Below, one piece after another: positions 135,927 to 146,762 of a stretch of DNA of 248,000 nucleotides. Source of the stretch: Hyalangium minutum (GTDB lineage Bacteria > Myxococcota > Myxococcia > Myxococcales > Myxococcaceae); contig NZ_JMCB01000001.1 in NCBI RefSeq assembly GCF_000737315.1, forward strand, positions 20,001 to 268,000, in the 5' to 3' direction. The stretch's first letter is position 1, and each line of letters opens with the position of its first letter. Made by a program: the position numbers and the translations under genes. The notes under the pieces were generated by a model. The model did not search any database. It was not told where the DNA came from and saw only the letters and a program-made list of their open reading frames with translations.

Positions 135927-138203
135927 TTGAGTCTCATCTTCGTCTTCCCAGGGCAGGGCTCTCAGCGCGTGGGCATGGGGGCGGATCTCTTCCCGGCCTT
136001 CCCCGAGCTGGTGGACAAGGCCAGCAACCTCCTTGGCTACTCGGTGCGCCAGCTGTGTCTGGAGGATCCGCAGGAGCGGCTGAACCAGACGCAGTTCACC
136101 CAGCCCGCGCTCTACGTGGTGAACGCGCTGAGCTACCTGGCGAAGGTGGAGCAGCTGCGGCGGAAGCCGGACTTCGTGGCCGGCCACAGCCTGGGCGAGT
136201 ACGACGCGCTCTTCGCCTCGGGGGTGGTGGACTTCGAGACAGGGCTGCGGCTCGTCCAGCGCCGGGGCGAGCTGATGGCCCGTGCCACCGGAGGAGGCAT
136301 GTGCGCCGTCGTCGGCCTGCCGCTGGAGGGGCTACAGGAGGTGCTCGCACGGGCCCCTGCGGTGGATGTCGCCAACCTCAACACCCCGCAGCAGACGGTC
136401 CTCGCTGGCCCCACCGCGGACCTGGAGGCCCTGCGCCAGCCGCTGCTCGACGCGGGCGCCCGCTCGGTGGTGCCGCTCAAGGTGAGCGCGCCCTTCCACT
136501 CGCGCTACATGGAGCCCGCGCGCCGCGAGTTCGCGGCCTTCCTTGAGGGCTTCCGCTTCGCGCCCCCGCGCCTCCCCGTCATCGCCAACGTGGACGCCCA
136601 GCCCTACACCGCTGCCAACACCCGCGACAACCTCGCTCGGCAGATCTCCAGCCCCGTCCGCTGGGTGGAGACGGTGCGCTACCTGATGCAGACCTCGGAG
136701 CGCCCCACCTTCGAGGAGGTGGGCCCAGGCACCGTGCTGGCGGGGCTCCTCAAGAAGATCCAGGCGGAGCTGCCCGCGCAGCCAGCGCCGCCAGCCGCCG
136801 CCAGCGCCCCGGCACGACAGGCTCCATCCTCCGCCTCGCCCTCGACAGGCCGGATCACCGCCGAGTCCCTGGGCAGCGCCGAGTTCCGGCGTGACCACGG
136901 CGTGCGCTACGCCTACGTGGCCGGCGCCATGTACAAGGGCATCGCCTCCGAGGCGCTCGTCATCCGCATGGGCAAGGCGGGCCTGCTCAGCTTCCTGGGC
137001 TCGGGCGGGCTGAAGCTGCAGCGCCTGGAGGAGGCCATCCGGAAGATCCAGGCGGAGCTGCCGCGAGGAGCTCCCTACGGGATGAACCTGCTGGCCAACC
137101 TGGAGCAGCCGGAGCAAGAGGACGCGGTGGTGGATCTGTTTCTCCGCTACGGCGTCACCCGCGTGGAGGCCGCGGCCTACATGCAGATCACCCCCAGCGT
137201 GGTGCGCTACCGCTGCCAGGGCCTGCGCCGCGCTCCGGACGGCTCCATCGTCGCGGAGAACAAGGTGCTCGCCAAGGTCTCCCGCCCGGAGGTGGCCGAG
137301 GCCTTCCTCAGCCCCGCTCCTGAGCGGCTCCTGAAGAAGCTGGTGGAGACGGGCCGGATCACCGCCGAGCAGGCGGCCTTGGCGCGGGACTTCCCCATGT
137401 GCGACGACCTGTGCGCGGAGGCGGACTCAGGCGGGCATACGGATCAGGGCGTGGCCTTTACGATGGTGCCCGCCATGCTGCTGCTGCGAGACGAGGTGTC
137501 GCGCCGCCACGGCTACCGGAAGCGGATCCGCGTGGGCGCCGCAGGCGGGATTGGCACGCCGCACGCGGCCGCCGCGGCCTTCATCCTGGGGGCCGACTTC
137601 GTGCTCTCCGGCAGCATCAACCAGTGCACGGTGGAGGCTGGCACCAGCGACATCGTCCGCGACATGCTCCAGCAGGCGGACATCCAGGACACGGAGATGG
137701 CGCCCGCGGGCGACATGTTCGAGCTGGGCGCCAAGGTGCAGGTCTTCAGCAAGGGCCTCTTCTTCGCGGCCCGGGCCAACAAGCTCTATGAGCTGTACCG
137801 CCGCTACAACTCCCTGGAGGAGATCGACGAGAAGACGCGCGAGCAGATCCAGACGCGCTACTTCAAGCGCAGCTTCGACGAGGTGTGGCGCGAGACGCGG
137901 GACTACTACCAGCGCGTGCACCCACACGCGCTCGAGAAGGCGGAGAAGAGCCCCAAGCACCGCATGGCGCTCATCTTCAAGTGGTACTTCGTCCACTCCA
138001 CCCGGCTGGCCACCCGAGGCGTGGCGGATCAGAAGGTCGACTTCCAGATCCAGTGCGGCCCGGCCATGGGCGCCTTCAACCGCTACGTGAAGGGCACGCC
138101 GCTGGAGTCCTGGCGCAACCGCCACGTGGACACCGTGGCCGAGATGATGATGACGCACGCCGCGGAGCACCTGCAGCAGCGGTTCACGGCGCTGCAGGGG
138201 TAG
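135927..138203 (+). CDS. trans AT - enoylreductase (PfaD-like) didomain
   Basis: GHSLG AT followed by AGAMYKGI..EADSGGHTD..GAAGGIG ER. Confidence 0.9.
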   Translation: MSLIFVFPGQGSQRVGMGADLFPAFPELVDKASNLLGYSVRQLCLEDPQERLNQTQFTQPALYVVNALSYLAKVEQLRRKPDFVAGHSLGEYDALFASGVVDFETGLRLVQRRGELMARATGGGMCAVVGLPLEGLQEVLARAPAVDVANLNTPQQTVLAGPTADLEALRQPLLDAGARSVVPLKVSAPFHSRYMEPARREFAAFLEGFRFAPPRLPVIANVDAQPYTAANTRDNLARQISSPVRWVETVRYLMQTSERPTFEEVGPGTVLAGLLKKIQAELPAQPAPPAAASAPARQAPSSASPSTGRITAESLGSAEFRRDHGVRYAYVAGAMYKGIASEALVIRMGKAGLLSFLGSGGLKLQRLEEAIRKIQAELPRGAPYGMNLLANLEQPEQEDAVVDLFLRYGVTRVEAAAYMQITPSVVRYRCQGLRRAPDGSIVAENKVLAKVSRPEVAEAFLSPAPERLLKKLVETGRITAEQAALARDFPMCDDLCAEADSGGHTDQGVAFTMVPAMLLLRDEVSRRHGYRKRIRVGAAGGIGTPHAAAAAFILGADFVLSGSINQCTVEAGTSDIVRDMLQQADIQDTEMAPAGDMFELGAKVQVFSKGLFFAARANKLYELYRRYNSLEEIDEKTREQIQTRYFKRSFDEVWRETRDYYQRVHPHALEKAEKSPKHRMALIFKWYFVHSTRLATRGVADQKVDFQIQCGPAMGAFNRYVKGTPLESWRNRHVDTVAEMMMTHAAEHLQQRFTALQG

Positions 138204-138209
138204 CCCCGC

Positions 138210-138989
138210 TCAGGGCACCAGGAAGGGGATGAGCTGCTCCGAGAGGCCCCGGAGCAGCGCCTCCCGGGCGCCGCCCTTCTCGTTGAGATAGAAGTGGCCG
138301 CCGGGGAACATCTGCCGGGAGAAGGCTGCCGCGGTGTGCTGGCGCCAGGCCTCCAGTTCCTCCGGACGCGCGCGTGCGTCCTCCACGCCACCCAAGGTGG
138401 AGATGGGGCAGTCGAGCGGCGCCTCCCGCACGTGCGTATAGCTCTCCAGCACCGCGAAGTCCCCCCGCAGGCTGGGCAGGTACAGCTGCAGCAGCTCCGG
138501 CTCCGCCAAGATGGCGCGCGGGAAGCCGTTGTAGCGCTGCACCATCTCGCGGATGAACTGCTCTTGCGGCAGCGCGTGGATTGGGGGATCGGCGTGCTGC
138601 AAGTGCGGCGCGTGGCGCCCCGAGACGAGCAGGTGTGCGGGCTGGCGTCCATGGTTGCGGCGCAGCTCACGGGCCGTCTCGAAGGCCACCAGCGCCCCCA
138701 TGCTGTGCCCGAAGAAGGCCAGGGGGCCCTCCACGTGCCGGGCCAGGAGGGGCGCCAGCGCCTGGACGATCGCCGTCATTGAGGTGAAGGGCGGCTCACG
138801 GATGCGCGACTCGCGCCCTGGCAGCCGCACGAGCACCACCTCTACCCCGGGGGGCAGCAGATCCGCCCACCCGTGGTACACGGTCGTCCCCGCCCCCGCG
138901 TACGAGAAGCAGACCAACCGCACCATTGCCCCGGGGTCTGGCCGCGGACGCACCAACCACCGCCCTACCCACTCACGTTCATCCACCAT
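138210..138989 (-). CDS. type II thioesterase
   Basis: FSYAGAG, FGHSMG, FPGGHFY. Confidence 0.9.
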   Translation of the reverse strand: MVDEREWVGRWLVRPRPDPGAMVRLVCFSYAGAGTTVYHGWADLLPPGVEVVLVRLPGRESRIREPPFTSMTAIVQALAPLLARHVEGPLAFFGHSMGALVAFETARELRRNHGRQPAHLLVSGRHAPHLQHADPPIHALPQEQFIREMVQRYNGFPRAILAEPELLQLYLPSLRGDFAVLESYTHVREAPLDCPISTLGGVEDARARPEELEAWRQHTAAAFSRQMFPGGHFYLNEKGGAREALLRGLSEQLIPFLVP

Positions 138990-139039
138990 CTGTTGCGTCT
139001 CGCGGAAAGAGCCCTGGCTCCAGGCGGGGGGAAGCGGAC

Positions 139040-140200
139040 CTAGAAGTTCGTGGTCCGCTCCAGGTTGCGCACATCGAAGATGCCCTGCGGCACGTCCGCG
139101 CCGAACTTGATGTCGGTCAGCACCAGCTCCGTCCGGCTGCCCTGCTTCAGCTTGTCCTCCAGGATGACGCGCTGGGGGTAGAAGCGATCACCGATCTTCA
139201 CGACATCCACCATCCGCATCACCTTCAGCAGCTTGCCCGTGTTGGCGTAGCGCTCCTCCTTCAGGGGCAACAGCGTCCGCTTGGAGATCCACTGCCGGAT
139301 CTCCGGGTAGGCGACGCCCTGGTTCTTGGCCTTCAGGTACACGACGTAGGCGTCCTCTCCGTCCACCTTCTCGGAAGGCTTCAGCTCGCCGTTGTAGCTG
139401 TCGAGCACCTTCTTGTTCTCCGCCATATCCTCATAGGAGAAGTCCGAGCCCATCATCGACTGGCGGAGCATGTGCCCCGACAGCTTCACCGTCTTCTCTG
139501 TCCGCGGGAAGTACGTCCACAGCTGCCCTTGCAGCTTGAGGAAGCGGCTCCCCTTATCCCGATCCGGCTTCAGGAAGATGATGAAGGAGTCCGTCTGGCC
139601 GCGGGAGAAGAGCTTCAGCTCCTTCTCGCGCGTCTCGCTCGGCGTCACGATGATCATCTTCGCGGTCGCCGAGCGCGTCTCGAAGGTCAGTTGCCCGTCC
139701 ATACGCCGGAGGATCTCCTCCACCGAGGTCAACTCTTCGACGAGCGCGGCGGTCCCCTGTGCAGCCAGCGCAGTCCCCTGGGGTGCAGCCGGGGGGGGGC
139801 CCTGCACGGCCGGAACGGGGGCCTGTGCAACAGCCGGAGCGGGGGGCTGTGCGGCCGGCGGCTGTGCGGCAGCCGGAGCGGGGGGCTGTGCGGCCGGCGG
139901 CTGTGCAGCCGGGGCGGGGGCCTGTGCAACCGGGGGAGTGCCTGCGGAGGTCTTGGCAGGAGTCTGCGCAGTCTTGGCAGGCGCAGCCGGAGCTTTGGCA
140001 GGAGTCTGCGCGGTCTTGGCAGGCGCAGCCGGAGCCTTGGCAGGCACAGCCGGAGCCTTGGCAGGCGCGGCCGGAGCCTGGGCTTGCTCGGCCGCCTGGA
140101 TCGGGGTGCCCCCCAGCAGGAAGGTCAGCCCCAGCAGCGCCGCCGTGAGGGTCCGTACGCCCTTGCGTGAAGCGTTCTCGCTGTTCGTTATGTTCGACAT
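139040..140200 (-). CDS. LolA-like sorting protein with Pro/Ala repeat N-terminus
   Basis: signal peptide; PAKAPA / QPPAPAAA repeats; DKGSRFLK..LWTYFP..SDFSYED. Confidence 0.8.
   Translation of the reverse strand: MSNITNSENASRKGVRTLTAALLGLTFLLGGTPIQAAEQAQAPAAPAKAPAVPAKAPAAPAKTAQTPAKAPAAPAKTAQTPAKTSAGTPPVAQAPAPAAQPPAAQPPAPAAAQPPAAQPPAPAVAQAPVPAVQGPPPAAPQGTALAAQGTAALVEELTSVEEILRRMDGQLTFETRSATAKMIIVTPSETREKELKLFSRGQTDSFIIFLKPDRDKGSRFLKLQGQLWTYFPRTEKTVKLSGHMLRQSMMGSDFSYEDMAENKKVLDSYNGELKPSEKVDGEDAYVVYLKAKNQGVAYPEIRQWISKRTLLPLKEERYANTGKLLKVMRMVDVVKIGDRFYPQRVILEDKLKQGSRTELVLTDIKFGADVPQGIFDVRNLERTTNF
139790..140090 (-). repeat. intragenic short tandem repeats (PAKAPAA/PAKTAQT and QPPAPAAA units)
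   Basis: repeated GGCAGGCGCAGCCGGAGC and GGGGGCTGTGCGGCCGGCGG units. Confidence 0.75.
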
Positions 140201-140247
140201 GATCCACCTCGACGCGGCACCGTGGCCGCGATTCAAAAGTCGGCTGA

Positions 140248-141471
140248 CTAGCCCTTCACCATCGCATCCTGAGGCGTCATCGACAGCGTCTTGAGCACGG
140301 GGAGAATCATGCCCAGGATGCCCAGCAGCACGCCCATGACGACCGCCGTCACCACGGCGCCCACGGTGAAGTCTCCCCGCAACACCGAGACGGCCAGGGC
140401 AACCCCCTGCACCTTGTCCGAGGACACGGTGAGCCCCACCGTCTGCAGGTACCACCCGAGTGGAATGGCGAACACCAGCCCCGCCATGCTGCCCAGGAAC
140501 CCGTACAGCGCCGCCTCGTAGAGGAACGAGGTGACAATGCCCCGGCGAGACATCCCCAGCGCCATCAACACCCCCACCTCCTTGCGGCGCTCCAGCACGG
140601 ACACCATCATCATGTTCAAGATGCCCAAGCCGGCCACGAAGCAGACGATGAAGGAGACACCCTGCCGGATGCCCTGCAGCATTTGGTAGATGCTCAGCAG
140701 GAACGGATCGTCCTGCCACGTCCGGATCGCTGTGCTCTCCCCCAGAATCCCACTGGCGCGGATGCGCTCCGCCAGCGGCCCCGCCTGATCGTACCGGGTG
140801 CCATACAGAACGATCTTCGTAGCGCCATCTTCCATGCCCAGAAACTCCTGTGCCGCTTGGACGGGCATGTAGAGCGCTCTATTCGCGGCCGCGTTGCCAA
140901 GGTCGAAGATCCCCGCCAGCTGGAAGTCATCCGCGGTGAAGCTGTCGTATGCGTCCTTACCCAGGAGGGTTACCTTGTCGCCGAGCTTGAGGCCTAGCTC
141001 GTCCACCAAGGTCTTGCCCAGCAAGATGGCCTTCTGCCCCGGCTGGAGGTAGCTGCCCGCGACGATGTTGTGGGGCAGGCCCGAGCGCTGGCCGAACACC
141101 TCCACGTCCACGCCCGTGGCGCGCACGGACTTGTTCTTCTGGCCACTCTCCACCAGCACGCCAAAGTCGATGCGCGGAGCGGCCGCTTCCACGCCCTCCA
141201 CCTTGAGCAGCTGCTGCTTCAGCTCGGAGGTGCCGGGCACAAAGTACTTGAGGGGATTGAACCGGCTCTTGGCGAAGTAGTCCTTCTGGGCCACCACCAG
141301 CTCCCCGGACTCGCCTACCATCTCCAGAAAGATCTGCTTCTCCACCCCGCCTGCCAGGGTGATGCCTCCCACGATGAAGGTGACGGCGAGGGCGATGGCC
141401 GCCAGCGCCAGCGCGGCACGGGTCCGCTGGCGGAAGATGTTCTTGAAACCCAATCGAAGCAGATAGAGCAC
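140248..141471 (-). CDS. LolC/E-like ABC permease
   Basis: ERRKEVGVLMALGM. Confidence 0.85.
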   Translation of the reverse strand: MLYLLRLGFKNIFRQRTRAALALAAIALAVTFIVGGITLAGGVEKQIFLEMVGESGELVVAQKDYFAKSRFNPLKYFVPGTSELKQQLLKVEGVEAAAPRIDFGVLVESGQKNKSVRATGVDVEVFGQRSGLPHNIVAGSYLQPGQKAILLGKTLVDELGLKLGDKVTLLGKDAYDSFTADDFQLAGIFDLGNAAANRALYMPVQAAQEFLGMEDGATKIVLYGTRYDQAGPLAERIRASGILGESTAIRTWQDDPFLLSIYQMLQGIRQGVSFIVCFVAGLGILNMMMVSVLERRKEVGVLMALGMSRRGIVTSFLYEAALYGFLGSMAGLVFAIPLGWYLQTVGLTVSSDKVQGVALAVSVLRGDFTVGAVVTAVVMGVLLGILGMILPVLKTLSMTPQDAMVKG

Positions 141472-141515
141472 GGAAGGTTCCTCTCTCAGGGACGAAGACG
141501 GGCACCCCACCTGGG

Positions 141516-142733
141516 TCAGCGCTTCATCGCCTCCATGGGGCTGAGCCGCGAGAACTTGATGGCCGGGTACAGCGCCGCGAGCGCGGCGACGATGAGGCCG
141601 GTCGCGAAGGCGGAGGCCACCCGGGAGAACGACAAGTCCACGTAGAGCATGGTGCTCATCGACACGCTGAAGTTGCTGGAGGCCGCCATCTGGGAGATGT
141701 CGACGCCTTTGCTCATGCCCTGGATGACAGCGCAGCCCAGCAGCGAGCCCCCCAGCGCGCCCATCAGGCCGATCACCGCCGCCTCCACCATCAGCATCGC
141801 GGCCACGCGCTCGGTCTGCAGGCCCAGCGCGCGGTAGGTGCCGATCTCCCGGAGCCGCTCGAAGGCGCTCATCACCAAGGTGTTGGCGATGCTGCTGGCC
141901 GCCACCAGCATGATCACCAGCACGAGCGCGTCGAGCGACTGGCGCTTGCTCTGGTTGACGCCGAGCACCGGGGCAGCACGCTCCTTCCACGTCTGCATGA
142001 CGAGCCCCTGGCCTCCCAGCAGCGCCGCATGGCGCGCCTGCAGGTCCATGGCCATGGCGTCGCGGGGCAGCAGGCCCACCACCTCGGAGACGGCGTCCTG
142101 CGCGTCCATCAACTGCTGGGCCTTCTTCAACGGGAGGAAGAAGGTGGAGGTGTCCACGGCGGCATTGGAGCTTCGGATGATGCCAGCCACCACGAACTCC
142201 TCCGCCGTATAGGCCCCGAACCGGGTGCGCGCCAGCAGCGTCGCGGAGGAGCCGGGCTCCAGCTTGAGTGCCTCGGCCAGCCCTGCGCCCACCCACACAG
142301 GCGTCTGCTCCGGCGGCACCGGCGCCGAGCGGATGACGGGGAGTTCGAACGCGGCCAGGTAGGTCTCCGGCTCGATGCCCACTGCCCGGGCGTGCAGCCC
142401 GTCCGTGCCGTTGCTCAGCTCCGCCGGGAAGGACAGGCGCGGATGGAGCTGAACGCCCGAGGTCTCTCCCAGCGGCGCCTTCACCTTCTCCCACCCCTCC
142501 ACCAGGGGCCCCTGCTCGTTCTCTTCCTCCGCCTCCAGATAGCCCTTGGACATGATCCGGAAGTGCCCCGTGTCCGAGCGGATCTGCCCGCGGATGACGG
142601 AGCTGTCCAGCGCGTCCACGAAGGACAACCCGAGGAGCATCATGAACACGCCCACGAAGACGGACACTGCCGTCAGAAGCGAGCGGCGGGCCTTGCGGAA
142701 CGTGTTCTTCAGCGCGATTCGCAGGAGGAACAT
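141516..142733 (-). CDS. LolC/E-like ABC permease
   Basis: ERLREIGTYRALGL. Confidence 0.85.
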   Translation of the reverse strand: MFLLRIALKNTFRKARRSLLTAVSVFVGVFMMLLGLSFVDALDSSVIRGQIRSDTGHFRIMSKGYLEAEEENEQGPLVEGWEKVKAPLGETSGVQLHPRLSFPAELSNGTDGLHARAVGIEPETYLAAFELPVIRSAPVPPEQTPVWVGAGLAEALKLEPGSSATLLARTRFGAYTAEEFVVAGIIRSSNAAVDTSTFFLPLKKAQQLMDAQDAVSEVVGLLPRDAMAMDLQARHAALLGGQGLVMQTWKERAAPVLGVNQSKRQSLDALVLVIMLVAASSIANTLVMSAFERLREIGTYRALGLQTERVAAMLMVEAAVIGLMGALGGSLLGCAVIQGMSKGVDISQMAASSNFSVSMSTMLYVDLSFSRVASAFATGLIVAALAALYPAIKFSRLSPMEAMKR

Positions 142734-143488
142734 TACCCACGCTCCTCGATGCCGATGACCTTGCCGTCGCGCAGCCTCACCAGCCGGGTGGCGTACTCCA
142801 TCACCAGCGGATCATGGGACGAGAAGATGAAGGTGGTGCCGAAGGAGGCGTTCAGCTCCTTCATCAGGCCGAGAATCTCGCGAGCGGTGTGGCTGTCCAG
142901 GTTGGCCGTGGGCTCGTCGGCCAGCAGCACCGCGGGCTTCTTCACCAGCGCCCGGGCAATGGCCACGCGCTGCTGCTGCCCGCCCGACAGCTGCCGCGGG
143001 AGCCGGTGCGCCAGGTGCTTGAGCCCTACCCGCTCCAGCACCGGGTCGACGAGCTCCGCGATCTGCGTCCGCGACAGGCCGCCTTTGATCTGCAGGGGCA
143101 GCTGCACGTTCTCATGCACGGTCAGCACCGGGATGAGGTTGAACTCCTGGAAGATGAAGCCAATGCGCTCCTTGCGGAACTCCGTCATCTGCCGGGCATT
143201 GAGCGTGCTGAGATCCACTCCATCCACGATGACCTTGCCGGACGAGGGCGCGTCGATGGCGCCAATCAGGTTCAGGCACGTGGACTTGCCCGAGCCGGAC
143301 GGGCCGGTCAGCGCCAGGAAGGCCCCCTTGGGGATCACCAGATCGACTCCGTCCACCGCCTTCACCATCGCCTCCCCAGAGCCGTAGGAGCGCGTGGTCT
143401 GCTGGAGCTGCACGATGGCCGACTGGCTCATGGGAGCCGAAGTGGCACCGGCCGGGACATTCACCTGGGACGTGACATTCTGACTCAT
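142733..143488 (-). CDS. LolD-like ABC ATPase
   Basis: [17 protein letters not shown]. Confidence 0.9.
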   Translation of the reverse strand: MSQNVTSQVNVPAGATSAPMSQSAIVQLQQTTRSYGSGEAMVKAVDGVDLVIPKGAFLALTGPSGSGKSTCLNLIGAIDAPSSGKVIVDGVDLSTLNARQMTEFRKERIGFIFQEFNLIPVLTVHENVQLPLQIKGGLSRTQIAELVDPVLERVGLKHLAHRLPRQLSGGQQQRVAIARALVKKPAVLLADEPTANLDSHTAREILGLMKELNASFGTTFIFSSHDPLVMEYATRLVRLRDGKVIGIEERG

Positions 143489-143509
143489 GTGTGCGTTGAC
143501 TCCTGAGGG

Positions 143510-144607
143510 CTAGAACCGCCAGTCGACATAGAGCTCGACCGTGCGTGTCGACAGCGCGCTGCCCAACGGGTGCCCTTCGCCGGGCTTGAACTCGCCCGGC
143601 CCCTGAAGGCCTCCCATCAGCAGTCCCCGGAGTGACACCTCCAGGTTGTCGAAGAAGTACCGGCCCACCCCCAACGACACGAGCCCAGTGCGGTCCTCGA
143701 GGTTGCCGATGAATGCCAGCGAGACGTAGGTCACCTCGTCGGTGGAGAGGTTGCCTGTCAGCGACACGTACTGGCGCCCCAGAAAGCTGCGCCGGCCCGC
143801 GGCGAGGGCCTCGTAGTCATAGTCGGACAGGCCGGCGCCGCCGGAGCTGTCCCGGTAGTACTGCGCGGAGAACGTCAGGCTTTGGAGGACGGGGAAGGAG
143901 TAGTCGGCCCCCACCACCACCCGGTAGGAGACCTTGCCTTCCTGGGGCAGGTGGACCGCCCCCTCCAACCAATAGCCCACCTCCAGGTCGCCCTTGATGT
144001 CCACGCCGAGCACCTGCTCGTCCCGGCGCCGATCATCCACGGCCACCACCGCCATGCCCGTCCCCCCCAACAGCCACTCGGCTCGCAGCAGGGACAGGGC
144101 CTTGTTCTGAGGAAAGGCCACGGCGCCAATCACCCGCGCGGTGGGGGACAGCGAGATGGAGGCGCGGGCAGTGTCCACGCCGCGCTTCTGCACCGCGAAG
144201 TTCAACGGGGTGTTGAGATCCACCAGATCGATGGGGTTCCAGATCATCGCGGACCCCATGTTGATGGCTTGCCGGCCGATGCGCAGATCCCACTTCTCGA
144301 AGTGGTAGTCGATATAGGCCCGGTCCACCAGCAGCACCTCGGCGTTGCCGGCCCGGCCCGCCGCCCCCAGCAGCCGCTGAGCGTTGAGCGTCACCACAGC
144401 GGCCATGTCCTCGCTCACGTTCACCGTGAACTCGGGGCGGATGTTGAGCTCGTAGCTGTAGTTGTCCTTGTCCAGCGGGCTGAAGACGTACAGCCGGTTG
144501 CGGACGCTGCCGCCGACGGAGGCAGACACCTCCGCCCGAGCCGCCGTTCCCAACAGCAGGAACAGCAGCCCGCTCCACACGACACCGCTCCCCTTCAACA
144601 TATCCAC
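143510..144607 (-). CDS. outer-membrane beta-barrel protein
   Basis: signal peptide; IGRQAINMG..WNPID; terminal VDWRF. Confidence 0.7.
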   Translation of the reverse strand: MDMLKGSGVVWSGLLFLLLGTAARAEVSASVGGSVRNRLYVFSPLDKDNYSYELNIRPEFTVNVSEDMAAVVTLNAQRLLGAAGRAGNAEVLLVDRAYIDYHFEKWDLRIGRQAINMGSAMIWNPIDLVDLNTPLNFAVQKRGVDTARASISLSPTARVIGAVAFPQNKALSLLRAEWLLGGTGMAVVAVDDRRRDEQVLGVDIKGDLEVGYWLEGAVHLPQEGKVSYRVVVGADYSFPVLQSLTFSAQYYRDSSGGAGLSDYDYEALAAGRRSFLGRQYVSLTGNLSTDEVTYVSLAFIGNLEDRTGLVSLGVGRYFFDNLEVSLRGLLMGGLQGPGEFKPGEGHPLGSALSTRTVELYVDWRF

Positions 144608-144669
144608 ACAACCTTCTGGATCATGAACGGCTCACTACGCTGGCACAGCCCAGCACATCCACCAAGCTT

Positions 144670-145353
144670 TCAGCTGGCCGGGCTCTGCACGCGTGCTTGC
144701 TTCAGCCCGTAGTCCTCCAGGCGCAAGTAGCTGGTGTTGATCCAGATGAGCGGCTGGATGAGCCACCCCACGAACGCCAGGAAGAAGATCGTTCCAATAC
144801 CAATTGGCCCTCCAAGTACCCACCCAGCAGCCAGCAGCAGCACCTCCATGACGCCCTTGCAGAGCCAGAAGGGCAGCTTCCACCTGCGCACCATCGTCAA
144901 GGCCACCAGATCCATGGCCCGGATCCCGATGCCGCTCATGATGATCAACGAGGAGCCATAGGCGCACAGCACCACGCCCGCCAGCATCATCGGGAACGGG
145001 CTGAGCCCCACGAAGCGCTCCACGAAGTGCAGGTTCATCCACAGATCGATGAGGCTGCCGCAAAAGAAGAAGGTGAAGAAGGGGGACAGCGGGGGCCTCG
145101 TCCGGTTCCAGAGCCCGTAGACCAGCAGGCACAGCGCCGCGAAGCCTCCTTGCGCCAGCCCCACCGTGAGCGGCAGGTGCTTGACCAGGCCCAGCGCCAT
145201 GACGTCGAGCGGGTCCGTCCCCAGGTTCGACGCGATGAAGAACGCCGCTCCCATCGAGAATGTCACGCAGCCGAACAAGTACAGCACGTACTGGTCGCGT
145301 CCGAGCCCCAACAGCCATTTCCAGATTTTCTCGAAAAACAAGCTTACCCCCAA
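144670..145353 (-). CDS. YczE/YyaS/YitT family membrane protein
   Basis: LGTDPLDV..GL; GGPIGIGTI; start uncertain. Confidence 0.75.
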   Translation of the reverse strand: MGVSLFFEKIWKWLLGLGRDQYVLYLFGCVTFSMGAAFFIASNLGTDPLDVMALGLVKHLPLTVGLAQGGFAALCLLVYGLWNRTRPPLSPFFTFFFCGSLIDLWMNLHFVERFVGLSPFPMMLAGVVLCAYGSSLIIMSGIGIRAMDLVALTMVRRWKLPFWLCKGVMEVLLLAAGWVLGGPIGIGTIFFLAFVGWLIQPLIWINTSYLRLEDYGLKQARVQSPAS

Positions 145354-145433
145354 GTCGCAGGCTCCTCTGTCTAACACAGGAATCCAGGTTTTTTGCAATA
145401 TTCTGGTTCCGAGGAGGAGTCGGCAGGAGGGGC

Positions 145434-146762
145434 TCAGGCGGCGAAGGTCTTGGCGAGCTGCTGAGCCCGGACGAGCCCCATGATGAAGGGGATGGCGAAG
145501 TTGAGGGGGTGGACGTCCGGCGCGAGCTGGCGGGACAGGCCGAAGAGCGTCACCACGGCGCGCTCGACGCAGTACCACCCCTCCGGATACTGGAGCGCCT
145601 TGAGCAGGTCGCGCATCTCGCTGGCCTTCACGCCAATCTCCTCGGGCTTGCCAGGCTCGGTGCCGGGGGTCTTGCGCAGCTCCTCCACCACGCGCTTGAA
145701 GTAGCCGCGGATCACCCGCTCGAGCACCTCGCGCTTGCCCGCCTTGCTCATGAAGCCAATGGTCTCCACGCCGCGGATGACGAGCTCTTCATCCCGCGTG
145801 GCCACCCCGGTCAGCACCTGCTGCAACCCCTCGACGATGTGCGGCGCGGGCTCGGTGACCGTACCGAAGTCCAGCAGCACCAGGCGTGGGCCGGTGGGCC
145901 CCGGCTGCACGAAGAAGTTCCCGGGGTGCGGGTCCGCCTGGAAGAAGCGGTTCAGGAAGAACTGCTTGCAGAAGAGGCTGACCAGCCGGGTGGCCAGCGC
146001 CTTGCCGTCGATGCCGGCCGCCGCGAGCTCCTCCCGGCGCGTCATCTTGATGCCCTGCACGTAGCTCATCACCAGCACCTTCTCCGAGGTGAAGTCCCAG
146101 TACACCTGGGGGAAGCTCACGTCGGGCTCGCCGGCGAACTCCTGGGCCATGCGCTCCATGGCCCGTGCCTCGTGACGGAAGTCGGTCTCGCTGCGCAACA
146201 GCGCCTCGAGCTGCACCATCACCCGCTCCAGCGAGGCGACGGGGAAGAACAGGCGCGACATCTTCAGCGAGTGCCGCATCATCGCCATGTCCACCTTCAG
146301 CAGGCGGTGCGAGGTGGGGTAGAGGATCTTGACGGCAACCTCCTCCCCCGTCTTCAGCGTGGCGCGGTGCACCTGCGCCAGCGAGGCGGCGGCGATAGGT
146401 TGCTCCTCAAAGCGAGCGAACACCTCGTGGGGGCGCTTCCCCACCGCCCCCACGAAGGTGCGCTCCATCTCCGAGAAGGGATGCGGAGGCACCTGATCTT
146501 GCAGATCCTCCAGTTCCTCCATGTATGCGGCGGGAAGCACGTTGCCCATCAGCGAGGCCAGCTGCCCGAACTTGATGTAGACGCCGCGGAGCTTCTCGAT
146601 GCCGTGGTAGACGCGCCGCGCATTGGTGCGGTGCACACGCTCCCTGCGTTCCTTCATGCGCTCTTTGCCGAGCAGCTTTTCCAGGCTTACCTGGATCAAG
146701 TAGCTCAACATGATGGTATAGTAGAGAACCGAAGCGCGACCGAGCCTTGTCAATATCCACAT
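145434..146762 (-). CDS. ABC1/UbiB/Coq8-family atypical kinase
   Basis: YIKFGQ; [15 protein letters not shown]; FQADPHPGN; LDFG. Confidence 0.88.
   Translation of the reverse strand: MWILTRLGRASVLYYTIMLSYLIQVSLEKLLGKERMKERRERVHRTNARRVYHGIEKLRGVYIKFGQLASLMGNVLPAAYMEELEDLQDQVPPHPFSEMERTFVGAVGKRPHEVFARFEEQPIAAASLAQVHRATLKTGEEVAVKILYPTSHRLLKVDMAMMRHSLKMSRLFFPVASLERVMVQLEALLRSETDFRHEARAMERMAQEFAGEPDVSFPQVYWDFTSEKVLVMSYVQGIKMTRREELAAAGIDGKALATRLVSLFCKQFFLNRFFQADPHPGNFFVQPGPTGPRLVLLDFGTVTEPAPHIVEGLQQVLTGVATRDEELVIRGVETIGFMSKAGKREVLERVIRGYFKRVVEELRKTPGTEPGKPEEIGVKASEMRDLLKALQYPEGWYCVERAVVTLFGLSRQLAPDVHPLNFAIPFIMGLVRAQQLAKTFAA

Noticed and set aside
139040-140719. 559-aa ORF as listed in the track
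   Set aside because: The 5' part overlaps the upstream permease in another frame; the signal peptide indicates a start at 140200
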